Source: a virus
Length of the DNA stretch: 64,000 nucleotides
Virus record (IMG/VR): IMGVR_UViG_3300027741_000022
Span: 123,645 to 187,644 of that record
Reading direction: 5' to 3' (one strand)
Shown in pieces: positions 1 through 10,011 of this stretch; within the stretch, counting starts at the first letter, position 1; each line of letters opens with the position of its first letter. The notes under the pieces were generated by a model that saw only the letters and a program-made list of their open reading frames with translations, made no database searches and was not told where the DNA came from. Made by a program: the position numbers and the translations under genes.

Positions 1-1
1 A

Positions 2-445
2 CTACTACTTGATGAAGTTAAAGAAGAAATAAATTCGCTTAAGAATGCAAGTTTTTATAATCAAGAAGAAACTATTGAGGTTAATGTAACCTACACAATA
101 AAGAATTTTAAAATTCTTTACAGGGATTTGTTTGATTCAGATATATCATCTGTTGGTCAGTGTAAAGTAGAAATTAAACAAAAGCTAGGTTTGGGTTTGG
201 GCATACAAGAAGAAGTTAAAAACACAATTGAAAATAATTTTGACGACCACAGGGTGTTTGAGTGGATTGGAATAAATTCAAAAGAACAAATTGGATGTAT
301 TTCTTCCAATACAAAGAAATTTATTGAAATGCATGAAAATTGTAGGCAAGATTTAATCAAAAAAGCATCTTCTATTGGGAAGAAGTTAGGATTAACTACA
401 GATGTAGTAAACAGGCTTCTAAAAAGTTATCTGGGGAGTGGATAA
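2..445 (+). CDS. hypothetical protein, 5'-truncated by window edge
   Basis: Frame is open from position 2 to the stop at 445; no family recognised. Confidence 0.7.
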   Translation, partial: LLLDEVKEEINSLKNASFYNQEETIEVNVTYTIKNFKILYRDLFDSDISSVGQCKVEIKQKLGLGLGIQEEVKNTIENNFDDHRVFEWIGINSKEQIGCISSNTKKFIEMHENCRQDLIKKASSIGKKLGLTTDVVNRLLKSYLGSG

Positions 446-524
446 ATGCAACTATAAACCGTAACTGATGATGCGGTTAGAGAATTTTAGAGAATGTTTC
501 AATCAAAACCAGTAGGAGAATAAA

Positions 525-926
525 ATGACTGATAAAATTTTTGAAGAATTAGATCACATTTGTCATATTGCAGCAAATAAATTAAAGAGTAGACTTGGAG
601 GAGGCAGAGATTTTACTGCTGCTGTTACATTTCGTAATTCTTTTCAAGATTTGAGTGGACAGACCCCTCTTTGGTCAATAACAATGCCAGACATTGATGG
701 TAGAGAAATACTATTTAAAAAGCCAAATTATGATGAATTGATTGAAGAGTATAACGGAGAAAAAATAGAAGGTGGATACTACAATCATATTACATTAGAC
801 TTAACCGTATTTGGCGACAGTTATTCTGAGTGTTTTGAAGAATTCAAGCAAAAGATCAACAATCTCCCAGAAGATGATAGCAGTTACCCAGATTTCAATA
901 GTGGCGACATTATTCAATCTTTTTAA
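525..926 (+). CDS. hypothetical protein
   Basis: AGGAG upstream of ATG; co-directional gene run; ends in IIQSF. Confidence 0.8.
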   Translation: MTDKIFEELDHICHIAANKLKSRLGGGRDFTAAVTFRNSFQDLSGQTPLWSITMPDIDGREILFKKPNYDELIEEYNGEKIEGGYYNHITLDLTVFGDSYSECFEEFKQKINNLPEDDSSYPDFNSGDIIQSF

Positions 927-937
927 GGAATTTATTA

Positions 938-1189
938 GTGGATATCATTGAAATTGAAAACTTTGTTAAAGATAAAAGAAAAGTTGTAAAAGAATTTTTT
1001 GAAAATAATCCCGAAGAAAATGTTTTTACTGTTCTGTTTGAGCTTGTGGACAAGAACCTAGATATTATCAACAAGTTCAAAAATGATTGTGAAAAATCTG
1101 GCGATGAGAAAGAAAAGGATCAGTTGAAGGATATGATCAAAAAAATGATGGACAGTGTTGTAAACAGTCTATCTGTTACCGTAGAATAG
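938..1189 (+). CDS. hypothetical protein
   Basis: Tightly packed + strand ORF with AAGGA upstream. Confidence 0.7.
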   Translation: MDIIEIENFVKDKRKVVKEFFENNPEENVFTVLFELVDKNLDIINKFKNDCEKSGDEKEKDQLKDMIKKMMDSVVNSLSVTVE

Positions 1190-1199
1190 AAAGTTAAAA

Positions 1200-1739
1200 A
1201 TGACCACAAAAGAAACCATCAGAAATAAGATTCCTTTGCCTAACCATTCTTTGAGTGATTTGGCTGATTCTTTGGCGACAGCATCAAATATTGCCAAAGG
1301 ACTAGGAATAGACATTTCGCAAATGGGTGCTTGGAGAAGGGTCATTATCTCCAATACTTTGGGACATAGCCCAGTTACTGGTTCTGGTGAATCGCTGCTT
1401 GATGCTACCAAAGATGGAGTAAATTACTCTTATTTGTCGTCTCATTATGGAAAAAGAGCACAGATTTATATGGGAGCATCAACATTATCAGCACCAAGAA
1501 AAGATGTAACATTTATTTTGGCTTTTTTCTCAGATCACGATTCTTCCAAAATTCTTTCAATGTGGAGTTGTGATTCTGATACTATTTGGAAAGAAGTAGA
1601 AGAACAAGCAGCTAGAAAAGCTAGAAAAGCTAAATCTAAAACCAAGCCAAAATCACAGTTGGCTTATTTTTCTGAGGCATGGCTTCGATCTAAGAAGGGC
1701 AAAGGCGCAGAATTAATTTTCAAAAACGAGAATCTTTAA
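1200..1739 (+). CDS. hypothetical protein, possibly a degenerate restriction-endonuclease-like fold
   Basis: RRVIISNTLGH...LDATKDGVNYSYLSS loosely resembles phage PD-(D/E)xK proteins but lacks the E-x-K motif; ORF is solid, function weak. Confidence 0.45.
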   Translation: MTTKETIRNKIPLPNHSLSDLADSLATASNIAKGLGIDISQMGAWRRVIISNTLGHSPVTGSGESLLDATKDGVNYSYLSSHYGKRAQIYMGASTLSAPRKDVTFILAFFSDHDSSKILSMWSCDSDTIWKEVEEQAARKARKAKSKTKPKSQLAYFSEAWLRSKKGKGAELIFKNENL

Positions 1740-1740
1740 A

Positions 1741-2028
1741 ATGAAACTATACACCGTAACAGATAACAATATTGTGATTGAGTTTCTGAGTATTCAGCTA
1801 ACTGATAAGCTTGAAGAAAAGGCAGAAATTATTGCTGCAAAAGGGTGGAAATTTTTCTTCAAAGAACAAGATAGTCTCACCGTTGTGGCATCTATGAAAG
1901 ATGGTGTTGAGATTGGCGATAAATATCTTGGTTCCACAAGGATTGTAAAAAAAGATGGCAATGTTCGCAAAGAAATCATACTGCTGGTGAATGAGACATT
2001 TCACGCAGTTGAAAATTCAGAGGATTAA
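1741..2028 (+). CDS. hypothetical protein
   Basis: Starts 1 nt after the previous stop. Confidence 0.75.
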   Translation: MKLYTVTDNNIVIEFLSIQLTDKLEEKAEIIAAKGWKFFFKEQDSLTVVASMKDGVEIGDKYLGSTRIVKKDGNVRKEIILLVNETFHAVENSED

Positions 2029-2035
2029 AAGACAT

Positions 2036-2788
2036 ATGCCCACAACCAAAACTAAAACCAAAACCAAACTTATAACCTTTGCAAATTTAGTAAATAATAA
2101 GCGTTACGCCACCATTCTTGCCAATTTAATTGAAGGTAAGATTTCCAAAGAAGAGTTTTTGAGCAAAGAAATTTATACAAGTATTAAAAAATCAATTCTT
2201 CTTGGAAGTTTTGAAGAAGAAAATGATGATCTCAAGCAAATTTCATCAAAGTTTCTTGAAGTCCTTAAAATAAAAGACAAAGATTCTCTCAAAAAGTTTA
2301 CTGACAGTGTTAATGATGAATATTTTAGAGAGAACGCAACTGTTGAGAATGCTTTGATAACTTTTCTGAAAAGCGTTATTGGTACCGACTTTGCCACTCA
2401 CAAAGACTCAAGACTCTTTAAGCCTCAAAAGTTTTTAACAAAGTTATTAGGTGATAAAGAATTTATTGAACAAGTGGAAAAAGATAAAAAGCATATAGTT
2501 TCATTTCAAAAATTTCTCCAAGAAATTCCATCTAACTTTAAAAGGTTTGTGAACATTGGTTGGTGGGATGACACGTATCTAAACGGAGATTATAATGCGT
2601 TAAAAAAACTTCTTGATAATGCTTTGAAAGACTGCGACAAATGGATTGAAGAGGAAAAAAATGGACTAAACCTAGCCTCTGTAGACTCAGAGTGTATTAG
2701 TATTTCTGGCTCTACTGGACAAAGCGATAGCTGGGAAGAATGGAAGTATATTTTCCCAAATACTTACAAGTATCTTTATGACGTTTAA
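2036..2788 (+). CDS. hypothetical protein carrying LLxSF motif
   Basis: Start moved to ATG 2036 after the upstream stop; contains SILLGSFEE. Confidence 0.8.
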   Translation: MPTTKTKTKTKLITFANLVNNKRYATILANLIEGKISKEEFLSKEIYTSIKKSILLGSFEEENDDLKQISSKFLEVLKIKDKDSLKKFTDSVNDEYFRENATVENALITFLKSVIGTDFATHKDSRLFKPQKFLTKLLGDKEFIEQVEKDKKHIVSFQKFLQEIPSNFKRFVNIGWWDDTYLNGDYNALKKLLDNALKDCDKWIEEEKNGLNLASVDSECISISGSTGQSDSWEEWKYIFPNTYKYLYDV

Positions 2789-2810
2789 AACCTAGGATAA
2801 GCAATAAGCA

Positions 2811-3419
2811 ATGACTACTACAACAATTAATCTCCCAAGTTGGTTCAAATATACTCTCGATGACTTTACTAATAAAAATAGTGAAGTTTGGTTTCATATA
2901 AAAAACGAACTTGAATTCGATGAAATAGTCGATCTGTATGCCAGCTGTAAATCAGACAAAGAAATAACTGATAGCTTGATTGAAGTTCTTTATGAAGAAT
3001 TTCCCAAGTATGAAGACGATATAAATAATTTTGTCGGCACAGATAAGCACCTTCTTCTTTCTTTCGACAAAGAAACAAGTGAATTTATTAATCATTGTAT
3101 CACAAGAAACAACCTGGGACAGGTTGTAAAAGAAGACTTTAGGACTTTTAATGAAGTCGAGGAATCATTAAAAAATTGCATAGAAGTTTGCAAAAAAGTC
3201 AAAATTAACCTTGAAGGCATTGTTGATTTTGAATTCTTCACCAAAGCAAAAGAGTGTGGCGAGCTTTGGATCAAAGAGAAAAAGATATTTGATTCCGGTG
3301 ATATTTCCGGTGATTATGAAGTGAATAAATTAATGAATCTTTTTCCAAAAACATTCGAATATGTTATGAAACATAAATTGGGTTGGGATTTGGGCGGTTG
3401 GTCTGGTGGATACGAATGA
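2811..3419 (+). CDS. hypothetical protein
   Basis: 202-aa ORF; stop overlaps next start. Confidence 0.8.
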   Translation: MTTTTINLPSWFKYTLDDFTNKNSEVWFHIKNELEFDEIVDLYASCKSDKEITDSLIEVLYEEFPKYEDDINNFVGTDKHLLLSFDKETSEFINHCITRNNLGQVVKEDFRTFNEVEESLKNCIEVCKKVKINLEGIVDFEFFTKAKECGELWIKEKKIFDSGDISGDYEVNKLMNLFPKTFEYVMKHKLGWDLGGWSGGYE

Positions 3420-3748
3420 AAATCAAACTCTTAGTTTGGTGTGAAGGCATTTTGCCAGAGCAATTTGAAGAAACTGATGACTTCACGGTAAGTGAGAATT
3501 TCGATGATTTTGTTGTCAGAGAAGTAAACAACAACAATCTTCTTCAAAGTTTTGAAAAAGATAGTCCATTAAACAAAATGAAATCTATCGAGTTTGAAGT
3601 TCCAGACGATCTTGATAGGCAGTTAATCTTTAATATTTGCTGGGGAAAGGCATGTGATATGTGGTTTGATCACCAAATAGATGTTTATCAAGATTACTTG
3701 CTGAATTGGACTTTTGTGGAAAAAGATGGAAAGTGGGAGAAATTTTAA
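3416..3748 (+). CDS. hypothetical protein carrying LLxSF motif
   Basis: ATGA overlap with upstream stop; contains NNLLQSFEK. Confidence 0.8.
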   Translation: MKIKLLVWCEGILPEQFEETDDFTVSENFDDFVVREVNNNNLLQSFEKDSPLNKMKSIEFEVPDDLDRQLIFNICWGKACDMWFDHQIDVYQDYLLNWTFVEKDGKWEKF

Positions 3749-4155
3749 TGTACATGATTTTTAAAGAAACTTATGACGGCTGTGAAGATCGTGTGCATTT
3801 GCATCATTATGAGTATCTATCGAACCATCAAGATAGGAATGCTTTTAGCAATGCTGGTCTTTGGGCTTCCGTAGAAGAAGCTGCCGTTAATATGTTTCTG
3901 AGTGGAAGTTTGGAGCGAAGAAGGTTTGATATGTTTGCTGATTTGCAAGAGGCAACAAACATTTTGAATGTTTTCCAAAATCAATTGATTGAAGAATATA
4001 GAGAAACCCTTCCAGAAGCAAGAGAAGAAATAAACTTCTACGTTGTCAGGATCAATACCAGAGATGTTGTTAAGGTTGTTCCTAATGAGTTTGTTGAAAT
4101 TTCTGCACGGACAGAAAACGCAAATTGGGAAGATATTCCTTATGATGGAGTTTAA
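3748..4155 (+). CDS. hypothetical protein
   Basis: TAATG coupling to the upstream gene. Confidence 0.75.
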   Translation: MYMIFKETYDGCEDRVHLHHYEYLSNHQDRNAFSNAGLWASVEEAAVNMFLSGSLERRRFDMFADLQEATNILNVFQNQLIEEYRETLPEAREEINFYVVRINTRDVVKVVPNEFVEISARTENANWEDIPYDGV

Positions 4156-4560
4156 ATGACACCCGAACTAACTGACAAGCTAATATCAAAATACCCAGAT
4201 CAGTTTAAAAACCTCAAGGGTATTGAGTGTGATGATGGTTGGTATAAAATACTAGACAAGCTGTTTTATATTGTAACTAATCGTCTTGACTATAAAAACA
4301 GACTAAATGAACCTTTGGATTTTGGTTGGACTCAGCTTAAAGAAAAATTTGGTTCTTTAAGAGCTTATTGCCATGGCTCTGATGATTATATCAAAGGAGC
4401 AATTGAAATGGCAGAAAGCGTGAGTTGCATGACTTGCGAAGTTACTGGAGAAAAGGGTAAACTTCGCAAGAAAAAGATTGACGAGGCTGGTGAAATTGTC
4501 CCAGCTTGGTTAAAAACTCTTTGCGATAGTGAAGCACAAAAGCAAGGTTATGTTTTATGA
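4156..4560 (+). CDS. conserved phage hypothetical protein
   Basis: ECDDGW...QLKEKFGSLR.Y...CEVTG pattern typical of a common phage family. Confidence 0.7.
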   Translation: MTPELTDKLISKYPDQFKNLKGIECDDGWYKILDKLFYIVTNRLDYKNRLNEPLDFGWTQLKEKFGSLRAYCHGSDDYIKGAIEMAESVSCMTCEVTGEKGKLRKKKIDEAGEIVPAWLKTLCDSEAQKQGYVL

Positions 4561-4829
4561 AAGATCTCCACAAACATCTTTTGACGATCATTCAAAAACT
4601 CCCCACAGATTATAAGCCTTGGGGAAGTGTCGAAAGATGGGAATATGACGATCAAAGTTACCCAGATTGTTCAAGTGGCTGCAAACACTACTTGATTTTA
4701 GAGGGCGACTTAGGCTATGATTGGGGTGTTTGCAGCAATAAAAATTCGCCCCGAGCTGGTCTTTTAACTTTTGAGCATCAAGCAGGATATGGATGCTTTG
4801 AACAAGAAAAAGACGAAGAAACAGCTTAA
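4557..4829 (+). CDS. Cys/His-containing hypothetical protein
   Basis: DCSSGCKHY...WGVC...FEHQAGYGC; overlapping start/stop. Confidence 0.75.
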   Translation: MKDLHKHLLTIIQKLPTDYKPWGSVERWEYDDQSYPDCSSGCKHYLILEGDLGYDWGVCSNKNSPRAGLLTFEHQAGYGCFEQEKDEETA

Positions 4830-4882
4830 AAATTTATCTTTTGCACACTAAATAAGATGCAACGTTTTAGAAAGGTGTGGCA

Positions 4883-5506
4883 ATGGTAAATTTTTACGAA
4901 ATGTCTCTTTTACTTGAAGGTAAATTTCTTTATACAAATGATGCTGAGAAAATACAAAAAATATTATCCTCGGTCTTTCGTGATTTATCATCTTTATATC
5001 ATGCTCATTACCATTTTGATGTGCTAGATTCAGACACAAGGAAAACACTAGCGGATTATGAGGATGTTAAAAATCATGGAGATCGCTTAAGGAGTTATAC
5101 CCCAGATGCGCATGACATGATAGAAAAAGATTTACTAGACAAATTCGGTGCAGAAAAATTATCTCGGGTGAGAAATTTTAAACCTCAAGCCTTAAAGTAT
5201 AAAAATGTTCCTTTTGCCAACCCACCAGATTTTAAAAATAATTCACACAAGGTGATTGAATATACAAATAGTGAACTTAAACAAATGAATTCTGGATTCG
5301 CATTAGAAATACTAAAGTCGGAAGGTTTTGCTAGTCAAGCAATAGATTTCATAATCAATCCATCAAATGTATCAAGTTTGCTCCAAAAAGAAGATTTCGA
5401 CACACTGTTGAATACTATCAAGCAAGCAGAACAAGATTTGATCAAATATGTAAACCAAAATGGTGGACATTTATATTCACAAATAAAAGATCAAAGATCC
5501 CACTGA
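4883..5506 (+). CDS. putative head-packaged protein with capsid-targeting-like N-terminus
   Basis: MVNFYEMSLLLE resembles MNFYEFYQLLNE of the late paralogs; CTAAATA at 4848-4854 upstream. Confidence 0.5.
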   Translation: MVNFYEMSLLLEGKFLYTNDAEKIQKILSSVFRDLSSLYHAHYHFDVLDSDTRKTLADYEDVKNHGDRLRSYTPDAHDMIEKDLLDKFGAEKLSRVRNFKPQALKYKNVPFANPPDFKNNSHKVIEYTNSELKQMNSGFALEILKSEGFASQAIDFIINPSNVSSLLQKEDFDTLLNTIKQAEQDLIKYVNQNGGHLYSQIKDQRSH

Positions 5507-5512
5507 TTTTGC

Positions 5513-5812
5513 ATGAATATTTCTAATAAGAAACTTCTCGATAGTTTTGTAAACTATCGAATAGTTCGTAAAGAAGGAAGACTTATTAAAGCTGGTGATC
5601 TTCTTTTTAAAGATGGCTGGTGGTTGAGTCAACACAAAATGAAAATTAATCGATTGCCACTCGACTTAGACAAGGATTGGCAAACGGTTCGTAGAACTGT
5701 TCACTCATATTACGCCGATGGTTCTACAGATGTTGATTTATTTTTTGATTTTGGAACTGTTCAAATTAATGGTCAAAATTGGTATGATGTGAAAGAGCTT
5801 TGTGAAAACTAA
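5513..5812 (+). CDS. hypothetical protein carrying N-terminal KKLLxSF motif
   Basis: MNISNKKLLDSFV. Confidence 0.75.
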   Translation: MNISNKKLLDSFVNYRIVRKEGRLIKAGDLLFKDGWWLSQHKMKINRLPLDLDKDWQTVRRTVHSYYADGSTDVDLFFDFGTVQINGQNWYDVKELCEN

Positions 5813-6119
5813 AAACAAAAAACTTCTTGGTGCATTTGTAGATATCTCAGATAATTTTCGCAAATGGGTTTTGGAAAACATTTGCTATCACTATAGTCAT
5901 TCCGATGAAGAAGCTCTTTTTAGAACGCTTGCTAAAAACACTGAAGATGAGGATTATTTTTTGTATGTATCTGGGCGACTTTATTTTGGCAACAAAAATA
6001 AGATTGAGAAAGCCCTTAATAAAAAAATTAACGAGTTTTCTCAATACAACTTTTTTATTTATGATCTTAAAAAAGACAAACAAGTCTGCACCAAATTAGC
6101 AATTGTGGAGTCAACTTAG
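5802..6119 (+). CDS. hypothetical protein carrying N-terminal KKLLxAF motif
   Basis: MKTKNKKLLGAFV. Confidence 0.75.
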   Translation: MKTKNKKLLGAFVDISDNFRKWVLENICYHYSHSDEEALFRTLAKNTEDEDYFLYVSGRLYFGNKNKIEKALNKKINEFSQYNFFIYDLKKDKQVCTKLAIVEST

Positions 6120-6121
6120 AA

Positions 6122-6355
6122 ATGAGTTTACTCGACAGCTTTGATAATAATAAAAAGCGTTGCAGAGATTGCGGAGAATATTTTGATGCTACCATAAGCA
6201 AGATAAACACGATGATTGGTCTTTGTGGCAGGTGCTTTAAGAAGGTTTTCTCAGAATTTAAAAAGCCAATTGATAAAAAATACGAATTAAACAAAAAGGC
6301 TAATTTGTTAAACAAGTATTCTTACTATAATTACAAGTGGTTTAAAAATGAGTGA
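6122..6355 (+). CDS. small Zn-finger-like protein with LLxSF N-terminus
   Basis: MSLLDSFD; CRDC...CGRC. Confidence 0.7.
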   Translation: MSLLDSFDNNKKRCRDCGEYFDATISKINTMIGLCGRCFKKVFSEFKKPIDKKYELNKKANLLNKYSYYNYKWFKNE

Positions 6356-6539
6356 ATACACCAAAGCCAGTATTGTTAAAATTCTGCAGGATGATCGTCA
6401 AAGAATATACGACGAATATATTGAACTAAAGTCTAAATTGGATGAGATAGACTCTCTAATTGTGTCTTTTTTACCTATTTGCGAAGAAGAAGATTAATAT
6501 ACTATATTAAGTTGGTAATTTGCAACAAAAGGAGTTGTA

Positions 6540-6911
6540 ATGCTAACTTATGGTCATTTGTTCAAATATATTGCTGAAAATCTCGATAGCAAAAGCGGAC
6601 TATACATAGGCAACTTTTATTTTACAGAAACTTTTTGTAAAGAAAATGGTCTTGACAGCCAGAGAATAGTTCTTATCCTCTATGACTTTGGCGGTCACAA
6701 CGATGTTGAAATTATACACAATGTGGTGGGAAAAATCCGTCCCGAAATAGAATTAGACGCCGAAGTTGAAACACCTGTTGAATATGCACTTAGAAACAGT
6801 CTTTATTGCAGATGGCATGAAGGAATGTGGGTGCGTTGCAAAAAAGGCGATAAGGGCGCAAAAGCAGATTTAAACTTGGCTCACATAAGAATGTTCGGAA
6901 AAAATGGATAA
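6540..6911 (+). CDS. hypothetical protein
   Basis: AAGGAG upstream of ATG. Confidence 0.8.
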   Translation: MLTYGHLFKYIAENLDSKSGLYIGNFYFTETFCKENGLDSQRIVLILYDFGGHNDVEIIHNVVGKIRPEIELDAEVETPVEYALRNSLYCRWHEGMWVRCKKGDKGAKADLNLAHIRMFGKNG

Positions 6912-7293
6912 AAAGCTTCTTGATTCTTTTGTAGAACCAGAAACTCTTATCAAAGATGCCGCAGAAAAAGACTGCATAAAAATTCAGAAATTTCTTAAAC
7001 AAAGAATTCGTGTGTTAGACGGCTGTAGGCTTGACAGAAAAGAAATCAAATGTTTAAGAAACACACTCAAATCTCTTGAAGTTATGATTGAAAATCCCTC
7101 AGCTGTGACCAAAAACAAATGGTATATGTTTGCTGCAGGCTGTGACTTGGATGTTCAGACTTTTAGAGGATTTTTAAGAGAGTTTGCATTTGAAACTACT
7201 GAAGCTCTTGTGAACCAAAAAATTACGGTTGAATGTCGAACTGGGTCTGATGAGGATGCCGACAACTCATTAATAGTTGAATGTGCAAGGTAG
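6904..7293 (+). CDS. hypothetical protein with N-terminal KKLLxSF motif
   Basis: MDKKLLDSFV. Confidence 0.75.
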   Translation: MDKKLLDSFVEPETLIKDAAEKDCIKIQKFLKQRIRVLDGCRLDRKEIKCLRNTLKSLEVMIENPSAVTKNKWYMFAAGCDLDVQTFRGFLREFAFETTEALVNQKITVECRTGSDEDADNSLIVECAR

Positions 7294-7310
7294 TTTCTTC
7301 CTGGTACGCT
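7286..7310 (+). promoter_or_regulatory. GGTACGCT early promoter-like element
   Basis: caaggtagtttcttcctGGTACGCT; one of 12 copies at gene boundaries. Confidence 0.65.
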
Positions 7311-7356
7311 GTTGTGGTGTAGGGATTCTGTATTCACCAAGGAAAAGGAGACAAAA

Positions 7357-7515
7357 ATGTCTATTGATAATCAGATGGGTGTTATTGTTGCCGGCGGCGG
7401 CATCAATGTTGATGCTTGGGTTGCTATGATGAAGAATGAGCCGAAGGCTAAGGTTGGCAGTCCTATTACCGTTGAGAACGGTGTTCAGATTGTTCCTATT
7501 GTTAAGGCTAACTGA
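7357..7515 (+). CDS. small hypothetical protein downstream of GGTACGCT element
   Basis: AAGGAG then ATG 7357. Confidence 0.75.
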   Translation: MSIDNQMGVIVAGGGINVDAWVAMMKNEPKAKVGSPITVENGVQIVPIVKAN

Positions 7516-7526
7516 TTAAGGTTTAT

Positions 7527-7871
7527 ATGACAAGCGAGAATGTTGTTGTAATTTCTTGGTATGGCGGTGTTGTTGAACAGGTTTTCTTTGAATCAAGGGA
7601 AGATGCTATCAAGCGTTGTTTGTCTCACAATATGAGTGAGCTTCATTATTCTGACCAACTTGATGATGAAACCAAGGAAGTCATAAATAAAATCTTGGAA
7701 TTGATGAAGTCTGATAAGTGGGACGAAGCTAATAGTTTGTGGCATGATGAGAATATGTGGGAATTGGATTATCAGTATTCTCATCAAATGGAATGGCGTC
7801 CTATTGACAAGCCGGAGAGTCTCGAAACAGCTTTGGCTTGGCTAAAGACTGATCAGGTTAAAAGCACATGA
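7527..7871 (+). CDS. hypothetical protein
   Basis: Co-directional packed ORF. Confidence 0.75.
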   Translation: MTSENVVVISWYGGVVEQVFFESREDAIKRCLSHNMSELHYSDQLDDETKEVINKILELMKSDKWDEANSLWHDENMWELDYQYSHQMEWRPIDKPESLETALAWLKTDQVKST

Positions 7872-8077
7872 CTTCCATCGTAGTTAAAAACGGCATGAGG
7901 TTGTGTCAAGACAATCTGCTTCGTAAGTTTGCAAACTTTGGGACATTTCCTGAGTGTGTTAAGATTTACAAAAGCTATGGTTGGGCTGAAAAAGCTGCCA
8001 ATAAGATTGGTGGCGAGATTGTGATTCTTGACGCAGAAAGCTATATGGACGCCAGTGGCGATGTAATTAAGGTTTGA
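7868..8077 (+). CDS. hypothetical protein
   Basis: ATGA overlap. Confidence 0.7.
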   Translation: MTSIVVKNGMRLCQDNLLRKFANFGTFPECVKIYKSYGWAEKAANKIGGEIVILDAESYMDASGDVIKV

Positions 8078-8095
8078 AAAGAAAGTTTTTAAAAA

Positions 8096-8302
8096 ATGAA
8101 TTGGCTTGGTACACAACTTGATCTTAAGACTGACGATGGTGAATTGAATGAGACTCGATACGGCGAGTTGATGAACAACCTAAATCCCAGTAGTTTGTGT
8201 GAGTTTTTTCGTGAAATTGGACTCACCGCTAATGAAACTAAGAGTCTTTTGATTAAAACTCTTTATGAAGTTGAGACTAATTCTGGTGATTTCGGTACTT
8301 GA
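8096..8302 (+). CDS. hypothetical protein
   Basis: Co-directional packed ORF. Confidence 0.7.
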   Translation: MNWLGTQLDLKTDDGELNETRYGELMNNLNPSSLCEFFREIGLTANETKSLLIKTLYEVETNSGDFGT

Positions 8303-8625
8303 AGGCACTTAAAATGGAATGGCTAAGTTATTTTGGTTATCGCCGTCCTATTAATGGACAAAAGATTTTCTATTATGGCGAACATATTGGGGTTTGGCGT
8401 GGAACATATAGCTATGATCCAAATGATCCAGTTAGCCCTCATCGCATGATTTGCAGTGAAAGAGATAAGGAAACTGATGAAGTCCTTTCTCAATACGGTT
8501 TATCTAATCTGACTATGATTGTGGATCGTAGCGATTGTCCTTGGTGGATGGCTGATGATGGTCAAGAAAAACCATTAAAGCCTAGTGAGCCTTATCCAAA
8601 GGATTATCCTTCACAAAAGAATTAA
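8299..8625 (+). CDS. hypothetical protein
   Basis: Co-directional packed ORF; start uncertain. Confidence 0.7.
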   Translation: MKALKMEWLSYFGYRRPINGQKIFYYGEHIGVWRGTYSYDPNDPVSPHRMICSERDKETDEVLSQYGLSNLTMIVDRSDCPWWMADDGQEKPLKPSEPYPKDYPSQKN

Positions 8626-8640
8626 ACAGAAAGGTTAAAA

Positions 8641-9054
8641 ATGACTATTAAATCTAAAGAGTTGGGTATTATTTCGGTAGATGCTGGTGATGTGGTTTGT
8701 TTTAGTATGGACCGTTGTCTGGATATTGCCAAACGTCTTAACATGAGCGTTGATAATTTTATTGGAAACTTTAGTGGCGTAAAGTGCGAGTTTAGTTCAG
8801 ACGGTGTTTATGGTGTGAATAAAGTAACTGCCGTAGATCTCGTCGGTTCGACTTGCGACATGGTGTTAATTGGTGGTGCTGTAACCAAAAATCTTCGTAG
8901 GTTCCTGAAAGAAGGTGAGCAGGATTTCAATGAGTTCATGGATTCTCATCCTCGAAACGGAGAGATTGGTTTCGGCAAGGAATTCAATAGGGAACTGTTT
9001 GCTGAAATTGCATATGAACATCGTCGGCAACTGCTTGATAATCCGTCCTGTTAA
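8641..9054 (+). CDS. hypothetical protein
   Basis: LGIISVDAG...F..DGVY.V pattern seen in small phage proteins. Confidence 0.75.
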   Translation: MTIKSKELGIISVDAGDVVCFSMDRCLDIAKRLNMSVDNFIGNFSGVKCEFSSDGVYGVNKVTAVDLVGSTCDMVLIGGAVTKNLRRFLKEGEQDFNEFMDSHPRNGEIGFGKEFNRELFAEIAYEHRRQLLDNPSC

Positions 9055-9102
9055 ATCTTGATACCAATTTTGATCAAATGATAAAGATCGAGAAGTTACA
9101 TC

Positions 9103-9474
9103 ATGAAAATCGTTGAACAACAAATGATGGATGCTGTTGTTAATAAACACAGCGTTCGTCTTGGAACCACCCATGTAAATTATGAAGGTGGTGTTTCCAA
9201 GGTTTATTTTTACGGCACTCAAATTGCCGAAGTCACAGATAAAACTGTGAGGATTAGGAATTGTGGACACACAACTTCTACAACAAAAAGTAGACTCAAC
9301 GCTATTCTTTTGAGTCTTGTTGATGATAAGTGGATTTATCAAAAAAATAATGTTTGGTATATCTCTGGCAATCCCGGCTATCGTTTTGATAGTGCTTTTC
9401 TCAAAGGAGTTGAAGGCGAGTGGATTGAATTTTCAAATGATTTTCTTTTAAAATCATTTGTTCAACAGGATTGA
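9103..9474 (+). CDS. conserved phage hypothetical protein
   Basis: VYFYGTQIAEV...TTSTTKSRLNAIL; C-terminal FLLKSFV. Confidence 0.75.
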   Translation: MKIVEQQMMDAVVNKHSVRLGTTHVNYEGGVSKVYFYGTQIAEVTDKTVRIRNCGHTTSTTKSRLNAILLSLVDDKWIYQKNNVWYISGNPGYRFDSAFLKGVEGEWIEFSNDFLLKSFVQQD

Positions 9475-9498
9475 TTTAATTTTGCCTTCAGCTATAAT
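9471..9498 (+). promoter_or_regulatory. sigma70-type promoter, probably leaderless
   Basis: TTGATT-N16-TATAAT with ATG 6 nt after the -10 box. Confidence 0.55.
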
Positions 9499-9504
9499 AT
9501 TGGC

Positions 9505-9813
9505 ATGAAAGCAATTTTAATTGATCCTCACGAAAATACCGTTGATATCGTTGAATACAACGGAGATCATCGCCACCTAAACAATTTGGTAGACAGTGAC
9601 AGATTCACAAAGGTGAAGCTGGAGAATAAAGATGTTCTCTATGTCAATTGTCGCCCTGTAATCAACAAATACACAAGATACTTTTCGATAGAAGGAAAAG
9701 AGTTTGCAGGACTAGGACTGATACTTGGCGATAAAGAATCTGATGTTGTTCATACTGTTGACTATTATAAAAAAGCAGTAAGTATGCACAGCAAAATATT
9801 CCAAATGAAGTAA
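9505..9813 (+). CDS. DUF3846-like hypothetical protein
   Basis: MKAILIDP...LYVN...FAG.GLILG pattern. Confidence 0.55.
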   Translation: MKAILIDPHENTVDIVEYNGDHRHLNNLVDSDRFTKVKLENKDVLYVNCRPVINKYTRYFSIEGKEFAGLGLILGDKESDVVHTVDYYKKAVSMHSKIFQMK

Positions 9814-9827
9814 ACAAGGAGGTTTAT

Positions 9828-10010
9828 ATGTATGTTCTTGTGACAACTGATGATCTCGATAAGGTTAATTATTACGGACCTTTTAACGATCCAGAAGAAG
9901 CGTTTGAGTGGGGAGTTAATAAATTTGATACTTCTCACACGCTTTCTACTCATTTCATTAATCCTCCATCAAAGAAGGATTATTTCGTTTATAACCCGGA
10001 GCTTAACTAA
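9828..10010 (+). CDS. hypothetical protein
   Basis: AAGGAGG upstream. Confidence 0.75.
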   Translation: MYVLVTTDDLDKVNYYGPFNDPEEAFEWGVNKFDTSHTLSTHFINPPSKKDYFVYNPELN

Positions 10011-10011
10011 C

